From contig NW_027361683.1 of assembly GCF_039654945.1 (NCBI RefSeq), positions 36,270,001 to 36,334,000 of the forward strand: DNA of 64,000 bases, given 5' to 3'. Of this stretch, positions 1-12,450 are shown one piece after another; the first letter of the stretch is position 1; each line of letters opens with the position of its first letter. Under the pieces are notes generated by a model. That model had not been told where the DNA came from. It made no database searches and worked only from the letters and a program-made list of their open reading frames with translations. The position numbers and the translations under genes were made by a program. The DNA is from Dendrobates tinctorius. Its lineage: Eukaryota.

Positions 1-1057
1 TGGTTGGCCAATAGCCACTCTAGCTGGAGCCCCGCCCATGTGTTGTTGTTACACTCCATGAACTGCTGCCTAGCAGACGGTTGTGCCTCTGAGGCACGGT
101 GCCCTATGGGAAATGACAGTCAGCCTTTACACAATGTACAACAATGCCAAAATGACAGTGATATAGTCAGTGAGCCTTGGACATAATATACTCCTTATAG
201 ATTATAAGCTCCTAGCCTCCAGTCTGGCTCGTCTGCTGTACTCAGCATTTGCTGGGTCTCACATGTATGATGAAGTGCCTTTATATACAGGAAAGATGAG
301 ACACCAGATAAATGATATCCCAGTAGCAGGGCTCATGTATGTTTGGATACAAATGCATGGGCCATGCACACAGCGAACAAGTCTGTAGGACAGTGTTCAC
401 ACCACCAAAAGACTGAAACACAGAGAAACAAAGTATAACAAATGTGTAAAAATAGTCTGTTGTAAAAAAATATATATAACAGAAAACAGCAAGTGCTAGT
501 AAAAAGATAACAAAACAGGGTATTTGGTTGATACGGTTTTTTGCAAAAAATGTATACTAAGCCGCTCTACAAAACGCCAAGGTATACACCTCAGAGCAGT
601 CCTAACCTACGTATTTAAAACCATGTGAACAGTATCTATATCAGCAGGATTCAGAAAGGTAATGTCTGATGTGGACACGCTGTGGAAGACGGCTTATATG
701 TGCACAGCCCACAAGGGAGGGGTGGAGACCTCCCAAAACTTGCCAAAGCAAGAAACCAATGTAACTAATGTATGTTTGGTTTGTATACTGGAAAAGCTCC
801 TTATATACCCGCTAAATGTATCCAAAAGATTGACCAGGTCGGTATACGTCAGTGCTGCTAAAAAAGTGTGCAGTACATTATTCAATGGTATCCATTAAAA
901 ATATGTATGTTGAATATATACCTTTTATTTTTTACATTGGGACTATATCAGTTCTAACTATGAGCAAATCCAAAAATAATATGCCATATAGGCATCCCAG
1001 AAAGTAACAAGGGAACAGAATTCGGGCTGAGTTGATTAAACTAGTGTTTTAGATTCA

Positions 1058-1970
1058 GGCTAAGTGCACACGTAGCGGAATTCCCGCAGAAGTTACAGCG
1101 AGAATTCCGGAATTCCATTCCGCGGGAAAATCGCATTTTAATTTCCCTCGATTTTCCCACGGAAAAGCTAGCGATTTGCAAGCGTAATTAGCTTGCAGAA
1201 TGCTAGCGTTTTCCAAGCGAACTGGAGCATCGCTTGGAGAACTGATTGACAGGTTGGTCACACTCGTCAAACATAGTGTTTGACAAGTGTGACCAACCTT
1301 TTACTATTGAGGCCGCCTATGCGGCATCAGTAGTAAAAGATAGGATGTAAAAAATAATAAAAAAATATTGTTATTCTCACCTTCCGGCGTCCCGCGCAGC
1401 CTTCCCGCCTCTCTCCACGCTCCCGGCATCTTCCGGTCCCAGTAATCCTTTGTGCAAAGACGTCGCACTCCCGCGAGACCGCGACATCATCGTGGTCATT
1501 CTCGCAAAGGATTACTGGGACCGGAAGATGCCGGGAGCGTGGAGAGAGGCGGGAAGAAGATCGCCGGCCGTCGGAAGGTGAGAATAACAATATTTTTTAT
1601 TTTAATTCTATTTTTTACAGGGATATGGTACCCACAGCCTGGAGGACAGTCTCCTCTCCTCGGACCGTGGGTACCATCCGCAAATGTTCTGCTTACTTTT
1701 TGCATGGTGGGCACAGCCACATGCGGAAAATAAGCAGAACAATGCATTCCTATGTGGGCGGAATCGCCGTGATTCCACAAAATTAATGAGCATGCTGCGT
1801 ATTTTACCGAGATGCGATTCCGCTGCGGGAAAATCCGCAGCATTAGCACAGCATTGCGGAATCCCATAGGATTGCATGGGATGCTGTTTTTTTGCGTTTT
1901 CGTGGCAAAATCGCGCATTTAAAATCGCCGTGAAAACGCAAAAAAAAAAACGCTACGTGTGAACCCAGCC
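1058..1970. mobile_element. Non-autonomous MITE, probably PIF/Harbinger-type
   Basis: Imperfect TIRs GGCTAAGTGCACACGTAGCG / CGCTACGTGTGAACCCAGCC; TCA on both flanks; internal GC-rich hairpin at ~1365-1610. Confidence 0.7.
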
Positions 1971-2761
1971 TCAATTCTACTAATATGCCTGATTAAAGGG
2001 AACCTGAGAGATGATATATATTATGTCAAAGAAAAGACCTAATTGGATAAAGAAATTACCCCCGGTAATAACATTCAATAAAGTTGCCCAGTACATAAGA
2101 TTTTAAAGTGTTATTACTATAGTATGAACAAACAGTCATTGGTGATCCACATCATTGCTACAAAAACTTCTCATTTAGTTCATTTCATGTTAAATGGTAA
2201 ATGACAGAGCAGATGATATAAAGTGGCTATTGCAGATTGCAGAGTATAAGTAGCTGCCAAACATCCACATGCAGGTGCACATAAAAGTGTATACCACTGC
2301 TTGCTGGTGTTTGCAGTTAATCTCCGCAAGTTGCAATCGTGTTTTTAATCCATTTTTTCCTTGCTTAACATGGTTTGGGAGACCCCACCCCTCTCCTGTG
2401 TGAGGTGTACAAAAGAGCTGTCTCAGACCATAAGCCCACACTGTGGAGCAGCCTGTCTGAATCCTGTTCATGTCAAGACACTGTTCAGATGTTCAGGTAT
2501 TAAATACATTAGATAGGGACTGCTGCGACACGGGTTACCTTGATGTTGGTGAGGCAGCTTGGTATACATTTTTTTGCAAAAAAAGTATCGACTAAATACC
2601 CTGTATTTGTTGTTCGGCACTTGCTGATTACTGCCATATTTTTGGCTGCAGAGAATTTTTGCAAATTTTTGCAAATCTGCCATTCTATGTTCTCTTGTTA
2701 TATCTAAGTTGCAATCTATGATAGGTATATCTGATCTGGCATTGGCACAAGGAGCAGTGTA

Positions 2762-3201
2762 AGGGTCCCATTTCACATAGCGACGCTCCAGCAATCCCGA
2801 CAACGATACGACCTGGTAAGGATTGCTGGTGCGTCGCTAGTAAGCTGCCAAACAGGCAGATCTCTTCAACGACGCAGCAACGATACGGCGATCCGTATAA
2901 CGACCTTGGTTGTCCTTGGTACCTTGTCACACACCAGCTTTTCTGACAACTCACACCGAGTTCTGCGTCGCCAACGAGGTCGCTCGTTGGCGTCAAACAC
3001 AGAGATGTGCGCTGGTCAGTGGGACACCAGTGATCTAAAAATGGCCCAGGACATTCGAACACGATCAGCGATATCCAGCGGGGGGCCTGTCGCCGCTATG
3101 TGTCACACGTAGCGAGATTGCTGGCAAGGTCACTGTTGCGTCACAAAATTGGTGACGTTTCAGCGATCTCGCTAACGATCTCGTTATGTGAGACGGCGCT
3201 T
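2762..3201. mobile_element. AGCGAT-rich palindromic MITE (Harbinger-like)
   Basis: Termini AGGGTCCCATTTCACATAGCGA / TCGTTATGTGAGACGGCGCT; related copies at 19143, 29229, 60455, 62376 and 63773. Confidence 0.7.
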
Positions 3202-3203
3202 TA

Positions 3204-3604
3204 AGGGTATGTCTCCACGTGGCGTTATACTTCAGTATTTTCTGCGGATTGGACACTGCATACAGCCGCAGCATCCAATCCGCAGCGTCAAGATATTACA
3301 GCATAGTTGATGGGATTTTATGAAATCCCGTCTCCACTCTGCGTGCAGGGCTGCGTCCAGTGGCCCTGCATAACCGGACATGCGGTGCGTCTTTCAAGAC
3401 CGCAGCATGTCTATTTATCTTGAGGAGATGCTCCATCTCCGCAAGATAAATAACCCAATCTATAGATTCGATGCAGTGATTCCGCACGTGTTCAATGAAC
3501 ACATCAGGAATCACCGCGCGTTCAACAGGGGGCGGCGCTTTGGGCAGAGTGGGGTTTCCGCTGCGTCCAAAGTGCTGCCAGTACGCAGTGTGTAGACATA
3601 CCCT
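3204..3604. mobile_element. MITE abutting the previous one
   Basis: TIRs AGGGTATGTCTCCAC / GTGTAGACATACCCT. Confidence 0.65.
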
Positions 3605-3681
3605 TTTAATGTTTTTGTTTAAGAAAGCCATTACCAAATAGTATAACAAGCTGCTAAAGATGTCATGAGAGTCAGGTCCCT

Positions 3682-3712
3682 CTGCCTCGACGCGCGTTTC
3701 GCCCATAAGGGA
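3682..3712 (-). ncRNA. Partial hammerhead ribozyme relic from a PLE pLTR fragment
   Basis: Minus strand reads CCCTTATGGGC-GAAACGCGCGTC-GAGG, the same helix III and cleavage motif as the PLE hammerheads; the CUGANGA half is missing. Confidence 0.4.
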
Positions 3713-4755
3713 TTGCCCATGTTTGTCAGCCAATCCATTCATATTTTGTGGCTAACAGTCGCAAAACATGCAGACACATGGAGGCGAACATCTCACTCGC
3801 GCATTCACGCTGCTCAGTGTGTCCCCAAGCACCCTCGGCAAACTTAAGTAACAAACTCTTGTGCTCATCACTAATTGGTTAGAATTGCAAAGTGCTTGAA
3901 AAAACACCAATTGAAATTTACTTGCTAATAAAGTAAATGGTTGGATTTTAAATTTAGTGTTAACTGTTCATTGCTAGGTTACCGACCAGCGCTGCAGACT
4001 ATTAGCAGTGGCTAACGTGCTGTGCTTACAAGCTTTTTCCAACAAAGGTTCTTAGTACTGATATGAAGTTATCAGGGATCACTGAAGCATATGGTTAGCT
4101 CCAGTGATACTGTGCTCCTCCAATGGTGCAAAGCAAAAGCTGATGGTTTTCATAATCAGCGCATAATTCAGGTCAGTAACATAACAATGCCGTTGGTAAC
4201 AAACTGGGATTCAGGTTGGGGCATACTACCAACCCCCAGCAAGCAGGGAGCCAGGAGGCTGGGGAGCAGTGTGCTCCTGCAGAAGATAATGAAATAATCC
4301 TATAACTGTAATAGTGTATATATGAAGGAAAGGGGTGAATGGCTGAGTGACACCTCCTATGCCTGATAAACCCAAGAGAACAAAAGAAAGTTTAAAAAAA
4401 TAGCAATGCTCTTAAATCTCAAGAGTGGAAGACAAATGTTTCTAAAAGCTGAATTCTAAGTTGTTTGGGCAGTTTAAGCTCAATGGTGACAAATAACAAA
4501 CATGTCCTGATGGCCAGAGGGCAAGCACAGTTGTGTCCTGCTGCAGATACCAGTGGGGAGGCTTATCTAAATGGCATTTCAGAGCAGTATGTGGTGGCAC
4601 CTGACTGCACATGACAATAGGTATACAGTTTATACTAGGTAAAAGCATGCATGATAAGAATCAGCCTAAGCTAAACATAATGTGAAGCCCAAGAAAGCCC
4701 AAGTGAAGGTGCCCACACACTGGCTATGGGCAGAACCTTCTGACTTTTCCATATA

Positions 4756-6362
4756 CAGTGGGGAAAAAAAGTATTTAGTCAGTCAGCAATAGTGCAAGTT
4801 CCACCACTTAAAAAGATGAGAGGCGTCTGTAATTTACATCATAGGTAGACCTCAACTATGGGAGACAAACTGAGAAAAAAAAATCCAGAAAATCACATTG
4901 TCTGGTTTTTTTTCATTTTATTTGCATATTATGGTGGAAAATAAGTATTTGGTCAGAAACAAAATTTCATCTCAATACTTTGTGATATATCCTTTGTTGG
5001 CAATGACAGAGGTCAAACGTTTTCTGTAAGTCTTCACAAGGTTGCCACACACTGTTGTTGGTATGTTGGCCCATTCCTCCATGCAGATCTCCTCTAGAGC
5101 AGTGATGTTTTTGGCTTTTCACTTGGCAACACGGACTTTCAACTCCCTCCAAAGGTTTTCTATAGGGTTGAGATCTGGAGACTGGCTAGGCCACTCCAGG
5201 ACCTTGAAATGCTTCTTACGAAGCCACTCCTTCGTTGCCCTGGCGGTGTGCTTTGGATCATTGTCATGTTGAAAGACCCAGCCACGTTTCATCTTCAATG
5301 CCCTTGCTGATGGAAGGAGGTTTGCACTCAAAATCTCACGATACATGGCCCCATTCATTCTTTCATGTACCCGGATCAGTCGTCCTGGCCCCTTTGCAGA
5401 GAAACAGCCCCAAAGCATGATGTTTCCACCACCATGCTTTACAGTAGGTATGGTGTTTGATGGATGCAACTCAGTATTCTTTTTCCTCCAAACACGACAA
5501 GTTGTGTTTCTACCACACAGTTCCAGTTTGGTTTCATCAGACCATAGGACATTCTCCCAAAACTCCTCTGGATCATCCAAATGCTCTCTAGCAAACTTCA
5601 GACGGGCCCGGACATGTACAGGCTTAAGCAGTGGGACACGTCTGGCACTGCAGGATCTGAGTCCATGGTGGTGTAGTGTGTTACTTATGGTAGGCCTTGT
5701 TACATTGGTCCCAGCTCTCTGCAGTTCATTCACTAGGTCCCCCCGTGTGGTTCTGGGATTTTTGCTCACCGTTCTTGTGATCATTCTGACCCCACGGGGT
5801 GGGATTTTGCGTGGAGCACCAGATCGAGGGAGATTATCAGTGGTCTTGTATGTCTTCCATTTTCTAATTATTGCTCCCACAGTTGATTTCTTCACTCCAA
5901 GCTGGTTGGCTATTGCAGATTCAGTCTTCCCAGCCTGGTGCAGGGCTACAATTTTGTTTCTGGTGTCCTTTGACAGCTCTTTGGTCTTCACCATAGTGGA
6001 GTTTGGAGTCAGACTGTTTGAGGGTGTGCACAGGTGTCTTTTTATACTGATAACAAGTTTAAACAGGTGCCATTACTACAGGTAATGAGTGGAGGAAAGA
6101 GGAGACTCTTAAAGAAGAAGTTACAGGTCTGTGAGAGCCAGAAATCTTGATTGCTTGTTTCTGACCATATACTTATTTTCCACCATAATATGCAAATAAA
6201 ATGAAAAAAAAACAGACAATGTGATTTTCTGGATTTTTTTTTTCTCAGTTTGTCTCCCATAGTTGAGGTCTACCTATGATGTAAATTACAGACGCCTCTC
6301 ATCTTTTTAAGTGGTGGAACTTGCACTATTGCTGACTGACTAAATACTTTTTTTCCCCACTG
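4756..6362 (-). mobile_element. Tc1-like DNA transposon, IR/DR type, full length
   Basis: ~207-bp TIRs (4756-4962, 6155-6362) starting CAGTG; TA flanks; outer and inner direct repeats AAGTATTT(A/G)GTCAG. Confidence 0.97.
4972..5994 (-). pseudogene. Tc1 DD34E transposase, 340 aa, with one premature TGA at 5119-5121
   Basis: Paired-type HTH N-terminus; WSDE...HDND-x34-SPDLNPIE; the frame continues past the stop to ANKGYITKY*. Confidence 0.93.
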
Positions 6363-7405
6363 TACTTGCAAGCTGGGTTTGGGTGAGCACACATGTTTTC
6401 GTTTGAGAAGAGGTGTTTAACAGTGACATAACTCCCGTGAGAACAAAAAGATAGGATTGGGAGAACTTCAAAAGCAAAAGATATTTGGCCAGTCTCAATG
6501 AAATCTGTAGTCCAACTTTTCTCCAGTATGTATGGAGGACTTCAGTAAAATCATCGATTACTATGATCATTTCAATTGACAATGAAATATACAATGCTTG
6601 TATAGTGTAAGTTCCTCATCTGATATAGTCTATGATATAGTCTGCCCTGTTTACAAACCATAAATCCTTTACATTCCGAGAAAGGAATGTACTGTATGTG
6701 CTGAACCTTAATTATACCCTTATCTGATTCATAGCTCTCTTGTGTTTATGTGCATTTATTTTTAGTGCTGGGTGTGTGGATTGCATGGCAAAGACAAAGC
6801 AATAGTTTTGTTGTCACAGACAACAAACAGTGACTCTGAGCCCTGGGTCTGTGTGCTGAGCTGGAACAGGGTCCTTATTTCCAGGACAAAAGAAGGAGAT
6901 CAGATTATCCTGTATGGGAAGAGTTAATGCATACATGGCATTGAACACACTATATGCACAAATGGATAGCATCTGTACCCTTGGGGACTGTAGGTGCCTA
7001 GAGTAATAGAAATAATGCGTCAGCCTTCCGAATAATGGGAAGAGAACATCTGCTGTACTGCTACTTAGGGCTGGCAAGACCCTTCTACTAAGCTACTCTA
7101 CACAATGTCCATGTGTGCCGTGTAAGCCGAGGAGAACATAAAGCCATTCTTAGGGCATATTTACACTGACAGATAATCGTGAATGAGCGTTCTTAAAAAC
7201 GTCAGTGTAATTGTCAGTGTAATCAGAGTGACGATCACCTGACGAAAGAGCAAAATGCTCGTCCATCTGGTGAAATGATCTTTTTACACAGCGCCAAAAA
7301 GTCATCAACCTCGGCAGCACATCGTCCTATAGGGCTCACACTGCCTAGAACCATGGCAGCTATGTGCACTGAGCAATCTCTTACAAATTGCTCACTCAGT
7401 GACCA

Positions 7406-7925
7406 TTATTATTATTATTATTTATTTATAAAGCACCATTGGTTCCATGGTGCTGTACATGAGAAGGGGTTACATACAAATTACAGATATCACTTACAGT
7501 GGTCAACTGTGTTGAATGCAGAGGACAGGTCTAGAAGGAGGAGTATAGAATATTGTCTGTTAGCTTTGGCTGTATGTAGGTCGTTGGTAATTTTGGTCAG
7601 GGCTGTCTCAGTGGAGTGATGGGGGCGGAAGCCAGATTGTAGATTGTCAAAGAGCAAGTTAGATGAGAGGTGGGAGGAGAGTCCAGCGTGGACGTGCTGC
7701 TCCAGGAGTTTAGAAGCGAATGGGAGCAGCGATATTGGGCGATAGCTGGACGTGGCTGTTGGATCGATGGTTGGCTTTTTAAGGATAGGCGTGATTGTGG
7801 CATGTTTGAAAGCAGAAGGGAAGGTACCAGAAGTTAGTGATAGGTTGAAGAGGTGGGTTAGGGATGGGATAAGAGTGGTGGTGATGTTGGGGAGGAGGGG
7901 AGATGGGATAGGGTCAAGTGCACAA
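7406..7925 (-). mobile_element. L2 LINE fragment (3' end joined to mid-RT by deletion), inside a degenerate MITE
   Basis: (TAA)n tail and 3' stem-loop; minus-strand [22 protein letters not shown]...[13 protein letters not shown]. Confidence 0.8.
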
Positions 7926-8303
7926 GTCCATCTTTCATCATTTCATTTGTCCTGCCTGTGTAAACAGGCTATTAAACGACCGCCGATTAGTAAAGGTTTA
8001 ACGAATGGTGGTCTTTTGGTGCCACTGGTCGGTCCATGTTAGCTTCTGCTATTGGAATCTTTGAACGAAAAGCATATTTTAATGTTTTTCAGCTACAATA
8101 GATGCTTGAAAAGTAAAAAAAAGGCAATACTAAAATTCGAATGCATACAGCTGCACGCTATAATAGAGAAAAAAGTTGCTTTTCCATTAAAATGTATTAT
8201 TTCAGTATGTAACTGTAGAAGATACCTATATGTAATTCAGTTTATTCATGAATGGTCATGTAAGTGGACCTTAGTGTTATAGATTAGGCAGAGGTTTTCT
8301 ATG

Positions 8304-8633
8304 CAGGGCCGGACTGGCCATCTGGCAATTCTGGTAAATGCCATAAGGGCCTGTCTGGTCTCGGCCGCCTTGTGTGCTACGTTGTTAGCAGAATCAGTCT
8401 TCTCAAGACACCCATACTGTTAAGAGTTGTGACGAAGCTCAAAGTTGCTCCGTCACTTATCCCAACAGGCCACAGGTATCATAAGAAATATTGGTCTTGT
8501 AGGAAATCTTGCTTTCCTCCATCCAGGGTAATAATAGTAGTAATATATCTCATTTATTGCTCAGGGGCGGTGATACCATGGGCCTGTGTGATTTCAAATG
8601 CCAAGGCTGAATTTCAGCTCCAGTCCGTACCTG
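8304..8633. mobile_element. hAT-type MITE
   Basis: TIRs CAGGGCCGGACTGG / CCAGTCCGTACCTG; perfect 8-bp TSD TTTCTATG (8296-8303, 8634-8641). Confidence 0.85.
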
Positions 8634-8649
8634 TTTCTATGTATCACTA

Positions 8650-9715
8650 TGAGGCGCCCCTAAGGCTTCAGTCGCCACAGAGGTACTGCACGCTCAGCGA
8701 GCGTGGTTGAGTGGATCCCTAGAGAGAGGGATGGATGGATGGAAGTGCTGCAGCAGATCCCAGTGGGTCTGCTGGCACAGGAAAGGAAGCGTGAGAGAGC
8801 GACAAAGACCGAAAGCCTAATTCTCCATAAGAAGGAAAGAATAGTTCGGAACGTGAGGAGAAAAGAGAACAGAGGACCTGGGTTAGAAGGGAACCCTTCC
8901 TAGAAGTTCTAAGCGCAAGGCCGCGGCCCGGTCCCTGAGGTTGTACGGATACTAATGGTCCTGCAGCAGACACCGGAGGAATAGAAGTAGTGACCACTTT
9001 ATTCCCACACAAGACTTGGGGGCACAACAGCAACATAATAGTGAGCCGGGACTTAGTAGCAAGGAGTCCCCGAAGCAGGCTACAGCTGTCTGCCGTACAA
9101 GTAGAGTTCATAGGAACATCTGACAGGAGGCACTCCAGTGTAACTCAGTACTGAGAGTACTTCATTCTTAGGCGCTATAAGAGGAGACGTTCAGAGAAGG
9201 CACATGTTGGCGGAGTGTTGGAAAGGAGTGCTTCATCGGGCCTGGAGGTTGACTGAGTCCCTGACCTGGAGGACACGGCACGGAAGCGGGCAACTGCTTG
9301 CACAACAGACTGTGAGTAAAGCTTTGGAACTACATGCCCTGGTGTCCTCCACTTATTCCTGCACCAACACATTCAGCACGGCTACATCTCGGTGCCATCC
9401 ACTACACTGTCTGCACCTATTCCCTGTCTCTTCATTTACTACACTGCCCTGGGATTCCAGCCCTGCCCGTGGAGGGCTAAAACATCTTGGCTGCACCACA
9501 CCATCAGTCCCAGGGGATCTGCATGCAGCGTCGGCTTAATGCCTCCCTTGCCGAACACCACAGGTGGCGTAACGAATCATCAATAGACTTTACCCCCCTT
9601 TTTACAATGGAGCACAGGGCCACGGGCCGGGTCACAGCTGCTGTGACATCTCCCCATTGAGATCAACGGGCCCGGTACCGAGTACCCCATTGCCCTGGTG
9701 ACTGAGGGCGCTCCA
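8650..9715. mobile_element. Probable solo LTR
   Basis: TG...CA ends with imperfect inverted termini TGAGGCGCCC / GGGCGCTCCA; near-TSD ACTA/GCTA; no ORF. Confidence 0.55.
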
Positions 9716-10475
9716 GCTATATTTTAATTGCTGCTTTAAGCAGCTGTTGTACAGAAACGCTCCCCTGCCTCCCGATATACTGCGGGGCGGTATTATCCTG
9801 ACTGTCAGATAGGACATGGTTCAGCCTCTGTCCCAAACTGTTCACTTTATGATACTGCAAACACAGGTAGCGTTAACTCTGCAGCAATGGAGGAGGACAG
9901 AGGCACAGAAGCTGGTTAGATCCAGAAATCTGTCCCACTTCAGAGCAGAGCTTACCAGCTATATATCTCTGTTGTAAAGAGCTTGTAAGTGCTGCACTAC
10001 TAGCCTAAGACACCAGACACCACTGATAGACCACAGACATGGCTGGTAATCTAGACAATGAACATTAAACTATAAAATGTAAAGTCCCTCCATTCATGAG
10101 AATGATTGATTTTCTGAGTTATATCACTGACACTTCTTTTACAGAGCATGATTCTACCAGATATTTGCATTTTCACCCTTTACTCCCCTATTTTCTTTCA
10201 GCCTATTTCTGGACTATTGGGCGATTGTGGTCTAAAATCTGCTACGGGATATGGAATTAGCCGACTTACTGAAAAAACCCTATTATAATGTAACTTTTAT
10301 TAAGTACCTTTAAAAAACCTTAATCCTGATTTTTGATACAAATATCCCCTACTCCATGGGCTAACTGGGTTTCCAGCATTACTAGAAAATAGATGATAAC
10401 TTGCAGTTAAATGTATCTGGCCAGATGTAACAAACTGCAACAGGAAAAAATTCCTGCAAGAACAGCCCATAAGAT

Positions 10476-11537
10476 TGTGGGAGGAACCCACCCCCGTCGA
10501 GTGTCCGGGCCGGAATCAAGGGAGCTGTCATCTGGGTTCTGGGGGGAACTGTCCCCGGGGGACAGAGTTCAGGGATGGGCCGTTGTGACAGACAGATAGG
10601 CTGGGGGAGCGACCAGTATAAAGGAGGCGGGGAATTCCCGGGACGATGAGTCAGCAGACCGGTACAGAGGCAGCAGGAGACGGCGGGAGCGACTAAAAGC
10701 TATAGCGACTTACCACTGCCAGGGAAGACGCTCACTGAGGACTCCAGAGGGACGGTGCCAAGGCGATCCTCCGAGACTTGCTGCCCCGCTCCAGCCCGTG
10801 GCCACTGCGGCCCCAGTTCAACCCGCGGCCGCTGCCGCCTCACCTCAGCCCGTGGCTGCGGCCTACCCGCGGTCGCCCGTGGCCACTGCCGTCTCGTTCC
10901 AGCTAGCGGCTGCGGCCCGCTCCCCGCCACCCGCAGCCACCCAGCTCTTACCAGTGGCCGCGGCAAGTACAGTGCCATTGGCGGCCACTACTGTCCCGCT
11001 CCGGTCTGCAGCAGGGGCCGAGCCTCTGCTGACCGCGGACTCCCCGTCGCAGCCGTTAGCTGCGCAGGTGGCCTGTCATCCGCCACCCCACATCGCTGCC
11101 GCTTGCCCCAGTCCGGGGGTTGCGGCCCATCCGTCCAAGGACTCCATCAGGGCCTGTGACGCTCCAGTGTCATCGGCGCGCCGGAGCGCGCGAAGACTTC
11201 GCCAACACCTCAGCAACTGGGCCCAGTGACTACTACGCCGAAAGACCACTGACCCAAACGGCGAGGGATGTCTGGACGGCTATGTTGACTATATAATTAA
11301 GGACCCGTAGTCGGCCATACCGCGACCCTATAGTGACCGGCTATTGCCGGAAGTAGTCGTGTTCTACCCGTTTGTGTTTGCTTGTATAGAGCCCCTGCAA
11401 GGGCAACCCGTGTTACCCCTTTTGTTGATCAGGCCGTGACTGAGGAAAGTTCCCTCTAGTCTTATAAACGTTATTCTAGAAAGCACCAAATTGTCTCGCG
11501 ACTCGTCACTGCATCCTGCGTACCTGCAAATACCACA
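10476..11537 (+). repeat. 5' LTR
   Basis: Its 3' half is repeated at ~16170-16673; TATAAA at ~10617; PBS follows. Confidence 0.9.
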
Positions 11538-11539
11538 TT

Positions 11540-11557
11540 TGGTGTAGTCGGCAGGAT
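11540..11557 (+). promoter_or_regulatory. Primer binding site, tRNA-Ser
   Basis: TGGTGTAGTCGGCAGGAT is complementary (1 mismatch) to the vertebrate tRNA-Ser 3' end ATCCTGCCGACTACGCCA. Confidence 0.85.
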
Positions 11558-11601
11558 GCAGTCTCCGAGCGCAGAGTGGGGCTACGGGCGCTGCTGATAA
11601 T

Positions 11602-12450
11602 GTGGGCCCCCGCTCCAGCATCTCCTTGGGGGCTATGCTAAGTAACTTGCCACGGTTTTCTGGCTCCGATACGCTGTTGTGGAGCTGGACAGAACGCATG
11701 CGGGGCCTTTTCCGCATGCACCCCATGACCCCCGATTTAGAGGCTGAGGTGGCCCTTATGGCGCTAGATGGGGAAGCTCGGAAGTGGGTAATGTTGAGAC
11801 CCCCGGGGCGTCGCAACACCTTTGCCCGGGTCTTGCAGATCCTGGAAGAGACCCACGGGGATCCAACAGACGTGGGGGAGTTGAGAACCCGGTTGTTCAG
11901 TCGGATGCAGGGGGAGGGGGAGATCATCACCCAGTATATGAACGCCCTCCAGGAGCTATACACACCATAGAAAGGAAGGACGGAATAGGGGTGGGGCCAA
12001 ACGACGTTACCCTGCGTGACCTGCTAGTGACTGGACTCTGGGACCCGCTAATCAAGCAGGCATTGCGGGAACAGGTCCGAGTGAACCCACGTTTAGCCTT
12101 CTCCAAAGTGGGGAGTCAGGCCCGGGTGTGAGAGCAAGAGCAGGGGATGACGGCTCCTGTGGGGAAGGCCCGGAGCATGGAGTCTTCCGTAAGCGTTGTC
12201 GAAGAGCCTCAATGGATTGAGGAAATGAGACAAGAACTGAAGAGTATTCGGGGCGAGCTGTCTGAAGTGAAGAAGAGAACGGAGCCCGCGCCTGGCTGAC
12301 CTGGCCACAATTCTGGGCCCTGGGGGCCTCGCAATACCCGGGGTGGCCAAGCCTCACCGCCCCGGTGTTATGAGTGTGAAGAACTGGGCCACTTCGCACG
12401 GGAGTGTCCGTGGCGTGGGAAATACCCACCCCGGCGGACATTAAACTAGA
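11602..12450 (+). pseudogene. gag: Gypsy gag, frameshifted
   Basis: Capsid-like LPRFSG...MQGEGE; CCHC knuckle CYECEELGHFAREC at ~12366-12407. Confidence 0.8.

Noticed and set aside
5345-6085. 246-aa plus-strand ORF
   Set aside because: Antisense shadow of the Tc1 transposase
10755-11229. Ala/Pro-rich ORFs inside the LTR
   Set aside because: GC-rich repetitive sequence, open in several frames, with no domain
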